A stretch of DNA of 64,000 nt. Source: a bacterium. Its GTDB lineage: Bacteria > Lernaellota > Lernaellaia > JACKCT01. The notes below the pieces were generated by a model. The model did no database searches. It saw only the letters and a program-made list of their open reading frames with translations, and was not told the origin of the DNA. Each line of letters starts with the position of its first letter. Position 1 is the stretch's first letter. The stretch spans positions 33,441-97,440 of the forward strand of contig JAIOHV010000149.1 of assembly GCA_019912885.1 (NCBI GenBank), read 5' to 3'. The translations under genes and the position numbers were made by a program. Of the stretch, positions 47,647 through 57,315 are shown piece after piece.

Positions 47647-48846
47647 ATGCACAGGCCGGCCGGTTTTGCCGTCGTTTTTCTGCTCCTGGCGTTCGTGACG
47701 ACGGCGTTCACCGCCGGCTGCACTTGCGGCGATGACGACGATGACGGCAGTGGATCGCCGCCCGACGACGACGCTCTCAATGACGATGCGACGGATGACG
47801 ATACGGGCGATGACGATTCCCTGGACGACGATTCGATGGACGACGATGCGGCTGACGACGACACGGTGGACGACGACGCCGGGGATGACGATTCCCTGGA
47901 CGACGACATGACGGACGACGATACGGCTGACGACGATTCGGCTGACGATGACATCGCCGATGACGATACGGGCGACGACGACACCCTGGATGACGACACG
48001 GCGGACGACGATACCGGCGACGACGACACGTCGGACGACGATACCGGCGACGACGACATCGCCGACACGACAATCACGATCATGACGATGAACCTGCAGA
48101 CGCCGTTTCTGAACTTCGCCGATCCCGACGATCGCCTGCAAATGGTCGCCGATGTCATCAATGACCGGCAGCCGGATTTCGTCGGCGTGCAGGAAGCCGC
48201 GGAACTTTTATTCGTGCCGAACCGGGCGCCGGAACTCGCGGCGCTCACCGGCTACGACTACATTTATAAGGAAACGCACAACTTCCCGCTGCTGTTCAAG
48301 GAAGGCATCGCGATCTTTTCGCGCTGGCCGATCCTTTGGGATCAGGACCAATGGCTGCCGCACCCGGAATTCCTGACGGTTCTGCGCCGCGCCGTCCTCG
48401 GCGTTCGCGCCGACACGCCCTGGGGCGAGATGTATTTTTACGACTCGCATTTCACGATCGATGACCGCGACGTCATCAAGGCCGATCAGGCGCTGACCGC
48501 GTTCGAATTCATCGAGCAATACCCGTCGCCGATCCCGTCGTTTTTCGCCGGCGATCTCAATTGCGAGCCCGACCGCCTGGCGATGGAATTCCTGCGCGGC
48601 GAGACGATTTATCAGGGGCGGTACGGCAACTTCGTCGATGCGTGGCTCGAACTGTATCCGCATGACGTGGGCTACACCTATCCCGCGGACGACCCGGAAA
48701 AGCGCATCGATTACGTGTACGCGATTCCGGGCAATCTCGGCGAAGCCGTTGCGATGGAATGCGAACACGTACTCGACGCGCCCGACGCGGGGCTATGGGC
48801 TTCCGACCACATCGGCGTGATCTGCGAATTCGAGTGGGCGCCGTAG
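47647..48846 (+). CDS. Lipoprotein with ~110-aa (DDDxx)n poly-Asp linker and endonuclease/exonuclease/phosphatase (EEP) family domain
   Basis: MHRPAGFAVVFLLLAFVTTAFTAGCTCGDDDDD, then ~20 tandem DDDxx units, then EEP motifs (TIMTMNLQ...FVGVQEA...DHIGV). Confidence 0.7.
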   Translation: MHRPAGFAVVFLLLAFVTTAFTAGCTCGDDDDDGSGSPPDDDALNDDATDDDTGDDDSLDDDSMDDDAADDDTVDDDAGDDDSLDDDMTDDDTADDDSADDDIADDDTGDDDTLDDDTADDDTGDDDTSDDDTGDDDIADTTITIMTMNLQTPFLNFADPDDRLQMVADVINDRQPDFVGVQEAAELLFVPNRAPELAALTGYDYIYKETHNFPLLFKEGIAIFSRWPILWDQDQWLPHPEFLTVLRRAVLGVRADTPWGEMYFYDSHFTIDDRDVIKADQALTAFEFIEQYPSPIPSFFAGDLNCEPDRLAMEFLRGETIYQGRYGNFVDAWLELYPHDVGYTYPADDPEKRIDYVYAIPGNLGEAVAMECEHVLDAPDAGLWASDHIGVICEFEWAP

Positions 48847-48853
48847 GCTTCTT

Positions 48854-49627
48854 TCAAGAAGCTTGCCGCTCGACATCCGCGCGCGCGGCCTGCGCCGGCG
48901 CGAACAAGGGATCGCGCCGCAAGCCCCATCGGTGGGCGAAGTATCGCGCGAGCGTCCAAAGCGTCTCGAGGCCGTAGCGCATTGACCGGCGGAAATTGAT
49001 GCTTGACGCCTCGGCCATGTAACGCACCGGCACGGGGATCTCCGCGATGCGGAATCCGTGGTGCACCGCTTGCACCAGGAACTGCGTGTCGAAGACGAAA
49101 TCGTCGGAGTTATTCAGCCAGTCGATCGTCTCCAACACCTTGCGCGAGTAGCAGCGATAACCCGTGTGGTATTCGCCGAGGTTTTGCCCCAGCGCCACGT
49201 TTTCGGCGATCGTGAGGAACCGGTTCGACACGTATTTGTAAACCGGCATGCCGCCCTCAAGCGCCTCGCGCCGCGTGCGGATGCGGCTTCCGAGCATGAT
49301 GTCGAAATAGCCGTCGGCCACGAAGCGGATCATGTGCGGCGCGAGCGCCGAATCGTACTGGTAATCCGGGTGGATCATGATGACGACATCCGCGCCGGCG
49401 TCGAGCGCGGCCCGGTAGCACGTCTTCTGGTTGCCGCCGTATCCGACGTTTTTTTCGTGCACGATGACCGTCAGGCCCAACTCGCGCGCGATCTTTACCG
49501 TGTCGTCGGAACTGGCGTCGTCGACGAGGATGATTTCGTCGGCCGTGCCCGGGGGAATGTCGCTCACCGTGCGGGCGAGCGTCGCCGCCGCGTTGTACGC
49601 CGGCATGACGACGACGGCGCGCGGCAA
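48854..49627 (-). CDS. Family 2 glycosyltransferase (polyprenyl-phosphate sugar transferase/DPM-synthase-like)
   Basis: [13 protein letters not shown]...[11 protein letters not shown]...GSR. Start ambiguous: TTG 49627, GTG 49651 or ATG 49606. The listed ORF is N-extended into the upstream gene. Confidence 0.65.
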   Translation of the reverse strand: MPRAVVVMPAYNAAATLARTVSDIPPGTADEIILVDDASSDDTVKIARELGLTVIVHEKNVGYGGNQKTCYRAALDAGADVVIMIHPDYQYDSALAPHMIRFVADGYFDIMLGSRIRTRREALEGGMPVYKYVSNRFLTIAENVALGQNLGEYHTGYRCYSRKVLETIDWLNNSDDFVFDTQFLVQAVHHGFRIAEIPVPVRYMAEASSINFRRSMRYGLETLWTLARYFAHRWGLRRDPLFAPAQAARADVERQAS

Positions 49628-49629
49628 CG

Positions 49630-50037
49630 TCAGGCCTTGAGCGTCGCGGACGCGTTCTTGATGACCTCGGCGCCGTCGGGCGTAACGCAAACAAAAGACG
49701 TCACGGCTTCGCCGCCGCGGACCGATTCGACGCGGGCGCGCGTGGTGACGTCATCGCCGATGCGGACCGGGCGCGAGAAACGCACCTTGATTTTTTTCAG
49801 CGCGCGCGGATCGCCGCCGGCCGCGTCGATATGCGCGCTCGCGGCGAACGCCATCGTGCAAAGCCCTTGCAGGATCGCGCCGCCAAGGCCCACCATCCTT
49901 GCGAACTCGTCGTCGATGTGGATCGGATTGAAATCACCCGACGCGCCGCCGTAGTAAATCGCCTGGTATTTACCGACGGACTGCGTCGCCTCGAAGGTGT
50001 CCCCCACAGCGAGTTTCGTTTTTTCCACCATCGTCAT
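49630..50037 (-). CDS. MaoC-like (R)-specific enoyl-CoA hydratase, hotdog fold
   Basis: [20 protein letters not shown]...G is the MaoC dehydratase active-site motif. 135 aa. Confidence 0.75.
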   Translation of the reverse strand: MTMVEKTKLAVGDTFEATQSVGKYQAIYYGGASGDFNPIHIDDEFARMVGLGGAILQGLCTMAFAASAHIDAAGGDPRALKKIKVRFSRPVRIGDDVTTRARVESVRGGEAVTSFVCVTPDGAEVIKNASATLKA

Positions 50038-50465
50038 CCCCTCACCACGAACGTGTACACGCCTGACGTCACCAGTCGGCCCTCCACCTCGGCTGTCACC
50101 TCGAAGCGGTAGATCGTCTTCTCGTCCTTTTGGTCGATGCCAAGGAGCGTTCCCGTCGAGCGGACCACGTCGCGCGGCCGGACGACGTCGTGGAACTCGA
50201 ACTCCTGCTCGCCGTGCACGAGCATGGCGAAATTGATGTCGAGATCGCGGTCAAAGAGCATCTTGCCCGCGAGGTCCTTCAGATAGACGACGGCGAACAT
50301 CGGCGGCGCGACGATGCCGGCAAGGCCCATCGCCTTCGCGGCGTCCTCGTCATCATAAACGGGGTTGCCGTCGTTGGTCGCGCGCGCGTATTCGCGGATT
50401 TTTTCGACGCCGATCTCGTAGGTCACGGGGCCGTACGTCTTCCCGATGAGCTCCTGCCCGGACAT
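50034..50465 (-). CDS. MaoC_dehydrat_N-like hotdog protein (partner subunit of the adjacent hydratase)
   Basis: 143-aa hotdog fold lacking the catalytic His/Asp motif. 4-nt overlap with the downstream MaoC gene, suggesting a HadAB-like heterodimer. Confidence 0.6.
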   Translation of the reverse strand: MSGQELIGKTYGPVTYEIGVEKIREYARATNDGNPVYDDEDAAKAMGLAGIVAPPMFAVVYLKDLAGKMLFDRDLDINFAMLVHGEQEFEFHDVVRPRDVVRSTGTLLGIDQKDEKTIYRFEVTAEVEGRLVTSGVYTFVVRG

Positions 50466-50539
50466 GAAATCTCCCTGCGTGAGCGGAGTCCGAATTTGCC
50501 CGACGCACGCGGCGGGGTCAACGCGAAATCGGGCGCGCG

Positions 50540-51301
50540 CTACTTGTTCAGCGCCTTTTTCTTGAGCTTCGGGTTCGCCTCGAGAAGCCGCTCCATGTTG
50601 CCGCGCGTGGGAGCAAAGGTGGGGTCGATGCGCAGGGCGCTCTCGTAGGCGCGAAGCGCTTCTTCTTTTTGTCCCTCGGCTTGGTAGACGAGGCCGAGGT
50701 TGTTGTTCGCATCGCGCGCGATCTCGCTGTAGGGGGAAAGCTCGATCGCCTTCAGATACGACGCGATCGCCTCATCCTCCTGCCCGAGATTGTCCTGACA
50801 GGTGCCGAGATTCAGCCAGCCCGAGGCGTTTTGCGGCGCAAGTTTCGTGACCGTCTCGAACTCGTTTTTCGCAGCAATCAGGCGATCGCGACCCTTCACG
50901 TACGCCTTCACGTATTTGGACGCCGGCGCCTCGACGCCCCAGCTCCGGATTTCCAGGCGATTCTCCTCCGCCGCGCGATAGAGGTGCACGCGGCCTAGAA
51001 GGTAGTGGTATTCCGGATTTCGAGGGTCAAGCGAAATCGCCGCGCGCGTGGCTTCCTCCGCGCGGCGCAGGTCGCCAATCTGAAACGCGCCGACGGCCTC
51101 TCCAAAGAACTCTTCCGTGGTCATCGGGCGCGTATCGGGCGTCGGCGCCGGAGTCGGGTCGTTTTTTCCGTACTTGTTGTCGGTGCGTGCCGCCAAGGCG
51201 CCGCTTGCCACAAAAAACACAATCGCCCCCGCAAGGAGGGCGCCGATCGCACTCATTCGCATTCGTTTATTCGCTCCCCGCCGTTTTCGTTCCAACGGCA
51301 T
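50540..51301 (-). CDS. Secreted/membrane-anchored tetratricopeptide-repeat protein
   Basis: At least 4 TPR units (AISLDPRNPEYHYLLGRVHL..., WLNLGTCQDNLGQEDEAIASYLKAIEL..., NNLGLVYQAEGQKEEALRAYESALRIDP). True start probably at the internal MRMSAIG (about 51262). Confidence 0.6.
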   Translation of the reverse strand: MPLERKRRGANKRMRMSAIGALLAGAIVFFVASGALAARTDNKYGKNDPTPAPTPDTRPMTTEEFFGEAVGAFQIGDLRRAEEATRAAISLDPRNPEYHYLLGRVHLYRAAEENRLEIRSWGVEAPASKYVKAYVKGRDRLIAAKNEFETVTKLAPQNASGWLNLGTCQDNLGQEDEAIASYLKAIELSPYSEIARDANNNLGLVYQAEGQKEEALRAYESALRIDPTFAPTRGNMERLLEANPKLKKKALNK

Positions 51302-51380
51302 GCCAAAATTGCCACAAAGCGCGCAACATTGCTAATATCCGCGCCGCCGCGCCTGCCGCGCCGGCGGAGATCCGCTTGCC

Positions 51381-53369
51381 TTGAACCACCTTGTCCATCG
51401 ATTTCTCAATGTCTGGCTCGCCCTGACCGCGATGGCCGTCGTCGTCGCGCTAGGACTCGCCCTGCGCGAGGCTCGCGCGCAGGGCTACGTGGGCAAGGCG
51501 CTTGATAACACGTACAAATTCACGATCAACCGAGCCGTGCGCGAGTCCCGCGCCGCCGGCGCCGCGGCCGCCTTTTTCATCGCCGCGGCGTACGTGCTTG
51601 CGCGGCGGCGTTCCGTCACGCGCCGGCGCTTCGCGCGGTCGCTCGCGATTGGCGGCGGAATCGCCCTGTTGTTGCTGTTTGTCGCGGCCTTCCTGTTTCA
51701 ACGGGAACTCGCGGCCGGCCACAACAAGCTCTACGGGCAATATGTCGATATCGAAACCTTTGCCTTTCGCGCGCTGTTTTCCTCCGTATTGACCGTTCCG
51801 CCGCCCGGAAGGTTCATTTTGATCTTCATTTTTGGAGCGGTGCTCGTGGGGCTCGCCTTTGCCGCGACGGCCGCGGAAAAGCGGTTATTCGCAAATGGCG
51901 GCGAGTCGGCGTTCGGCGCGGCGCATCCGGCGATCTGGATCGCCTCGGCGATCGTGCTGGCCGTCGCGTCGATCGTCGGCGCGGCCAACAAACCGGCGGC
52001 GGCGCGGCACGATCCGCCGGACATCATCCTCATCAGCATCGACACGCTGCGCGCCGATCATCTGCCGACGTACGGCTACGAGCGCGACACCTCGCCCGCG
52101 CTTGGCGAACTGGCCGCGAACGGCGTCGTTGTCGAACGCCATATCGCGCACGCGCCGTGGACGCTTCCGTCCCACATGTCGATGTTCACCGGCGTCATTC
52201 CGAGCCGTCACGGCGCGACGCAGCCCATCGCCGCCATCGCCGACGACATGACGACGTTTCCGGAACTGCTCAAGAACGCCGGATACGCGACCGGCGGTTT
52301 CGCGACGAACATCCTTCTTGGCGCAAGCTACGGCTTTGCGAGCGCGTTCGATACGTACGCGCTGAATCCGAACTGGAACGCGGGTGCCGTCGCGGGCGGC
52401 GCGGCCTCGTGGTTCGTGAAGCAGCGCAAACCCGCGTTCCTGTTTTTGCACATCTTCGATCCACACTTTCCGTACGATCCGCCGCCCGCGTTTCGCGGCC
52501 GGTTCGGACCCGAGGACGAAGCCGTGGCGCGCGCGCAGAAATTGGACTTCTACGACTTTTTCCGCTTCATGGAAGGCGAGGGTGCATCGCGCGTGGCGGC
52601 CGTGCGGGATCGATACGACGAGGAAATCCTGGCGACGGATGCCGCACTCCGAACCTTTTTCGAGAGGCTCGCGGAGCACCGCCGCCTGGGCGATGCGCTC
52701 ATCATCGTCACCTCCGACCACGGGGAGGAATTCGGCGAGCACGGCATGTGGGGCCACGGCCTCACGCTCTACGCCGAAATGCTGAATGTGCCGCTCATCG
52801 TCAAGATGCCGCGCGGCGCGTGCGCCGGGTCGCGCCTTCGCGATCGGCTCGTGCCGCAAAAGGCGCTTTTCGATCTCATCGTTTCGGCATCGGCCACGCC
52901 GCTTTCGGATGCACGCTGGTCGCTGTGCGACGAATCCGGCGCGCCCGCGTCCGTCGCGGCGCTTGCCGTCGACGATCCCGTCATCGCGGAAGACTCGATG
53001 CTCGGCCCGTTGCGCTACGCGGCGAACGGCCGGGAACGCAAACTCATCGAGCCGACAAGCGTCCACGTCGAGGGCTTTGTCGATTTCGAAACCGGCTTTG
53101 AGCTATACGATTTCGCCGCCGATGCCCTCGAAAAAAACAATCTTCTTGCCGGCGAGGAAAACGTCGTGGACGCGATTCGAACGAAGGCGCCGGCGCTGCA
53201 TCAGGAAATTTGCCGCACGCGCCTGGCGTACGCCGGAAGCACCGAAGGCGGCGCGGTGACGCTCGACGTGCAAACGCGCGAGCGCTTGAAGAGCCTTGGC
53301 TATCTCACGGGCGAATCGTCGGGCGGCGACGCGGCCTTCGACGAATTCTGCGCGCCGGTGGCGCCGTGA
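51381..53369 (+). CDS. Membrane-anchored sulfatase-fold transferase (phosphoethanolamine-transferase/EptA-like, alkaline-phosphatase superfamily)
   Basis: Five N-terminal TM helices, then ISIDTLRADHLP...APWTLPSHMSMFTG with Thr in the nucleophile position, as in EptA/LtaS. 4-nt overlap with the downstream GT2. Confidence 0.6.
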   Translation: MNHLVHRFLNVWLALTAMAVVVALGLALREARAQGYVGKALDNTYKFTINRAVRESRAAGAAAAFFIAAAYVLARRRSVTRRRFARSLAIGGGIALLLLFVAAFLFQRELAAGHNKLYGQYVDIETFAFRALFSSVLTVPPPGRFILIFIFGAVLVGLAFAATAAEKRLFANGGESAFGAAHPAIWIASAIVLAVASIVGAANKPAAARHDPPDIILISIDTLRADHLPTYGYERDTSPALGELAANGVVVERHIAHAPWTLPSHMSMFTGVIPSRHGATQPIAAIADDMTTFPELLKNAGYATGGFATNILLGASYGFASAFDTYALNPNWNAGAVAGGAASWFVKQRKPAFLFLHIFDPHFPYDPPPAFRGRFGPEDEAVARAQKLDFYDFFRFMEGEGASRVAAVRDRYDEEILATDAALRTFFERLAEHRRLGDALIIVTSDHGEEFGEHGMWGHGLTLYAEMLNVPLIVKMPRGACAGSRLRDRLVPQKALFDLIVSASATPLSDARWSLCDESGAPASVAALAVDDPVIAEDSMLGPLRYAANGRERKLIEPTSVHVEGFVDFETGFELYDFAADALEKNNLLAGEENVVDAIRTKAPALHQEICRTRLAYAGSTEGGAVTLDVQTRERLKSLGYLTGESSGGDAAFDEFCAPVAP

Positions 53370-54121
53370 CGCGCAAGCTCACCGCCACGATCATCACGAA
53401 AAACGAGGAATCGAATATCGAGCGGTGCGTTCGCGCGCTGGCGTTCGCCGACGAGGTGCTGGTGCTCGATTCGGGCAGCACCGACCGAACGGTGGAGATC
53501 GCGCGTTCGCTCGGCGCGCGCGTCGAAGTGACGGACTGGCCGGGGCACGTCAAGCAGAAGCAGCGCGCCGTCGATCGCGCGACGCACGACACGATCCTCG
53601 CGATCGACGCGGACGAGGTCGTGACCGACGAGCTGCGGGCTTCGATTCAGCGCGTGCTGAACGCGAGCGATCTCGCGGCGGGCTATGAACTGACGCGCAA
53701 GACTTTCTATCTCGGCCGTTGGATCGAGCATTGCGGATGGTACCCCGAGTGGCGCGTACGCCTGTTCGATCGCCGCCGCGCGCGCTGGACGGGCTTCGAT
53801 CCGCACGACCGGGTCGCGTGCGACGGGAAGCCGGGCCGGCTAGCGGGCGATCTGCTGCACTACTCCTACCGCGACATCGCGCATCATCTGACGCGCATCA
53901 ACGAATACACCACGACCATGGCGCACGAGCATCGCGCGGCGGGAAAGCACGCCCGCGTCCGCGACGTGCTCATCCGCCCGTGGTGGAATTTCTTGAAGAA
54001 ATATTTTTTGCAGCGCGGATTTCTGGACGGCGTTCCGGGGCTTATCGTGTGCGTTTTGGCGGCGTATTACGTTTTCTTGAAGTACGCCAAGCTGTGGGAG
54101 CTTTCGCGCCGCGATGCCTGA
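53366..54121 (+). CDS. Family 2 glycosyltransferase, LPS core type (KdtX/WaaE-like)
   Basis: GTG start overlapping the upstream stop. LTATIITKNEESNIERCV...LVLDSGSTDRT...IDADE. Confidence 0.7.
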   Translation: MTRKLTATIITKNEESNIERCVRALAFADEVLVLDSGSTDRTVEIARSLGARVEVTDWPGHVKQKQRAVDRATHDTILAIDADEVVTDELRASIQRVLNASDLAAGYELTRKTFYLGRWIEHCGWYPEWRVRLFDRRRARWTGFDPHDRVACDGKPGRLAGDLLHYSYRDIAHHLTRINEYTTTMAHEHRAAGKHARVRDVLIRPWWNFLKKYFLQRGFLDGVPGLIVCVLAAYYVFLKYAKLWELSRRDA

Positions 54122-55136
54122 GCGCATCCTCATCTTCCAGACCGCGTACCTCGGCGACGTTGTGTTGACGACGTCGCTTGTCGGCGCGGTTGCCGCGCGC
54201 TTCCCCAACGCGAAAATCGACCTGGTTGTCCAGCCCGCGTGGGCGCCCATCGTTGCGCATCATCCTCGCGTCTCGCGCGTCATCACGTTCGACAAACGCG
54301 GCGCCGAGCGCGGCGCGGCGGGCACCTGGCGATTCGCGCGGCGGATCCGCAAGGAGGCGTACGATCTTGCGCTGTGCCCGCACCCGAGCTTTCGCAGCGG
54401 CCTCATCCTGCGTCTTGCGCGCATTCCTGAGCGCGTCGGGCATGCGGGCGTTCCTTCCTCGATCTTCATGACGGCGCGCGCGCCGCGCGACAAATCGCGA
54501 CACGAGGTGATCCGGCAATTGGCGCTGATGGCGCCGCTTGGCGGATCGATCGACGATCCGCCGCCGCTTCGCATTGAAGTCGATCCGTCGATTGACGTCA
54601 CAAGCCTGCTGCTTCGGTTTGGCGTTCCCGCCGACGCGAGGCTCGCCGGCTTGCATCCGGGTTCCGTCTGGGCAACCAAGCGCTGGTTGCCGGAGCGTTT
54701 CGCGGAAGTAGGGCAAGAGTTATCCCGGCGCGTGGATCGCGTGCTGGTCTTCAGCGGCCCGGGCGAAGAGGCGCTTTCCGCGTCCATCGCGCACGAGATC
54801 GGCGACGCGGCAATCGACCTTGGCGGCCGGCTGAAAATCGCCGAGCTTTGCGCCGTGATGTCGCGCCTTTCGCTTTTGGTCACGAACGATTCGGGGCCGA
54901 TGCACATCGCGGCGGCACTCGGCGTGCCGATCGTCGCCGTCTTCGGCTCGACCGTGCCGGCTCTTGGATACGGACCGTGGACCGAACGAAAACGCATTAT
55001 CGAGACCGAGCTCATCTGCCGCCCCTGCGGTCCGCATGGCCGCGATCGTTGCCCCCTTGGCCATTTTCGATGCATGCGCGAGATTGCAGCCGCGGATGTC
55101 GTGCGCGCGTGCGATGAGTTGCTGGAAGCGTCGTGA
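54114..55136 (+). CDS. ADP-heptose:LPS heptosyltransferase (GT9)
   Basis: MPERILIFQTAYLGDVVLTT...NDSGPMHIAAALGVPIVAVFG GT9 signature. Confidence 0.8.
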   Translation: MPERILIFQTAYLGDVVLTTSLVGAVAARFPNAKIDLVVQPAWAPIVAHHPRVSRVITFDKRGAERGAAGTWRFARRIRKEAYDLALCPHPSFRSGLILRLARIPERVGHAGVPSSIFMTARAPRDKSRHEVIRQLALMAPLGGSIDDPPPLRIEVDPSIDVTSLLLRFGVPADARLAGLHPGSVWATKRWLPERFAEVGQELSRRVDRVLVFSGPGEEALSASIAHEIGDAAIDLGGRLKIAELCAVMSRLSLLVTNDSGPMHIAAALGVPIVAVFGSTVPALGYGPWTERKRIIETELICRPCGPHGRDRCPLGHFRCMREIAAADVVRACDELLEAS

Positions 55137-56185
55137 GCGTCGATCCCGCGTCCATCCTTATCGTCAAGCTCGGCGCGGTCGGCGACTGCGTTCACACGCT
55201 GCCGATTCTCGTCGCGCTGCGCGATCGCTTTCCCGACGCGCGCATCGGGTGGGTTGTCGAGCCGAAATCGAGGGGCGTTGTCGAGGATCATCCCGCGCTC
55301 GACGAGACGATCCTCTTTCCGCGCCCGGAGATTCAGCGCCTTTGGCACGATGGACGCGCGCGCGATGCCTATCGTCTCTGGCGCACGTTCGCGCGAGATT
55401 TGGCGCGACGCCGCTATGAAATCGCGATCGACTTTCAAAATCTTTTTCGCAGTGGCCTTGTCGCTTACGCGTCGCGCGCGCCGCGCCGCATCGGGTTCCG
55501 GCGCCTTCGCGAGGGCAATTTCGCGTTCATGAATGAACACATTGTGCCGCCGGATACTGCGAAACACGCGGTCGAAAAATACGCCGCCCTCATCGCGCCG
55601 CTCGGCGCGCGATCGATTCCCGACCGCATTTCGATTCACGTGCCACCGGACAAAAAGGCAACGGTCGACCGATTTATCGACGCGCAACTCCCGCACGGCG
55701 CGGCCGTCGTGGCGATCAACCCGGGCGCGAGCTGGCCGAACAAGCGCCTGGACCCGGCGCGCTACGGAACGCTCGCCGCTCGCCTCGCGGAACTGGGCGC
55801 CGCTCCGATCGTGATCTGGGGGCCGGGCGAGGAGGCGCTGCGCGATGCCGTCGTCGCGGCATCGAATGGCGCCGCCGTCGCCGCCCCGCCGACGGACCTG
55901 AAGGAACTTGCGCAATTGCTTTCACGATGCCGGCTCTACGTCGGCAACGATAGTGGCCCGATGCACATCGCCGCAGCGATGGGCTGCGGCGTCGTTGCCG
56001 TATTCGGGCCGTCCGATCCGCGACGCGTCGGACCTTACACGCCGGCACGGCGCGTCGTCGCCGTGCCGGTGCCGTGCGCGCCTTGCTGGAAGCGGCGATG
56101 CCCCCTGCCGCGCGTGTACTGCATGGACCGCGTGAGCGCGGACGATCTCTACGTCGCCGCGGCCGAGCTTCTGGAGCACGCGTGA
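55133..56185 (+). CDS. ADP-heptose:LPS heptosyltransferase (GT9), second paralog
   Basis: ILIVKLGAVGDCVHTLP...NDSGPMHIAAAMGCGVVAVFG. Confidence 0.8.
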   Translation: MSVDPASILIVKLGAVGDCVHTLPILVALRDRFPDARIGWVVEPKSRGVVEDHPALDETILFPRPEIQRLWHDGRARDAYRLWRTFARDLARRRYEIAIDFQNLFRSGLVAYASRAPRRIGFRRLREGNFAFMNEHIVPPDTAKHAVEKYAALIAPLGARSIPDRISIHVPPDKKATVDRFIDAQLPHGAAVVAINPGASWPNKRLDPARYGTLAARLAELGAAPIVIWGPGEEALRDAVVAASNGAAVAAPPTDLKELAQLLSRCRLYVGNDSGPMHIAAAMGCGVVAVFGPSDPRRVGPYTPARRVVAVPVPCAPCWKRRCPLPRVYCMDRVSADDLYVAAAELLEHA

Positions 56186-57315
56186 GGATCGTCGAGATGC
56201 TGGCGTCACGGCACTTCACCGGGCCGGCCGAGCGCGTCTTGCAGACGGCGACGGGGCTCGCGGAGCGCGGGCACGACGTCGCCATCGCGCATACCGTCGT
56301 GCCGCCCGGAACGCTCGCGGCGCACGGGGAGCGCGTCGGCATCAAACGCCTGCCCGATGTCGCGCTTCGCCGCAAAGGGATCGCCGTTTTCAAGGTCGTT
56401 TCGGATGCCAGGCATCTTGCGCGCCGGGCGGCGTCGGGAGATGGTCGCCTCATCCTGCACACGCACACGAGCCACGACCACTGGACGGCGCTTCTCGCGA
56501 AACGGCGCGCGGGCGGGCGCATCGCGATCGTCCGCACCGTGCACGAAACGCGGCAGGCGCGCCGCCGCGCGTTCGACGCACCGCTGTTCGCCGCGTGCGA
56601 CGGCGTCATCGCGATCACCGAAGCGATGCGCACGGAATTGACGGCGTCGTACCGGCTGTCGCCCGATCGCGTTGCCGTCATTCCCGGCGCGGTCGATACA
56701 GACCTGTATCGTTCGGGGCTCGATACCGGGGAGATTTTGCGCGAAATCGGCGCGGGCGAGGAGCCCGTCATCGGCATCGTCAGCCGCATCAAAGGCGGGA
56801 GAGGGCACGACGTCCTGTTGCGCGCGTTTCGCCAGGCGCTCGACACGGGGATGAACGCGCGGCTTGCGATCGTCGGGCGAGGCGAGGGGCGCGAAGCGAT
56901 CGAATCGCTTGCGCGCGAGCTTGGCCTCGGGGAACGCACGGCGTTTCTCGGCTATCGCCGCGACGATCTGCCGCGTATTTATAACGCCATGACCGTGAAG
57001 GTGCTGCTCGGCGAAGGCAGCGACGGCACCTGCCGCGCGGCACTCGAGGCGATGGCCTGCGGCGTGCCGGTGATCGCCGCGCCGGTCGGCGCGCTGCCGG
57101 AAATTGTTCGCGATGGCGAAACGGGCACGCTGCTGGCAAGGCTCGATACGTCGGAGCTGGCGCGCGCGTTGGCGTGGTATGCCGAACATCGCGAAGAGGC
57201 CGCCGTGCGCGGACGATTCGCGCGGACCCATGTCGAGACGCATCACGCGATCGCGGCGCTCGTCGATCGGCACGAATCGTTCCTTGAGCGGATCATGGGT
57301 GGAGGCGGAGCATGA
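56182..57315 (+). CDS. Family 4 glycosyltransferase
   Basis: GT-B C-terminal EGSDGTCRAALEAMACGVPVIAAPVGALPEIVRDGETG motif. GTG start overlaps the upstream stop. Confidence 0.8.
   Translation: MRIVEMLASRHFTGPAERVLQTATGLAERGHDVAIAHTVVPPGTLAAHGERVGIKRLPDVALRRKGIAVFKVVSDARHLARRAASGDGRLILHTHTSHDHWTALLAKRRAGGRIAIVRTVHETRQARRRAFDAPLFAACDGVIAITEAMRTELTASYRLSPDRVAVIPGAVDTDLYRSGLDTGEILREIGAGEEPVIGIVSRIKGGRGHDVLLRAFRQALDTGMNARLAIVGRGEGREAIESLARELGLGERTAFLGYRRDDLPRIYNAMTVKVLLGEGSDGTCRAALEAMACGVPVIAAPVGALPEIVRDGETGTLLARLDTSELARALAWYAEHREEAAVRGRFARTHVETHHAIAALVDRHESFLERIMGGGGA

Noticed and set aside
47725-48052. CRISPR array suggested by regular short repeats
   Set aside because: The periodic units are 15-bp in-frame Asp codon repeats inside a CDS. 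There is no repeat-spacer architecture and no cas genes. No CRISPR array was found anywhere in the window.
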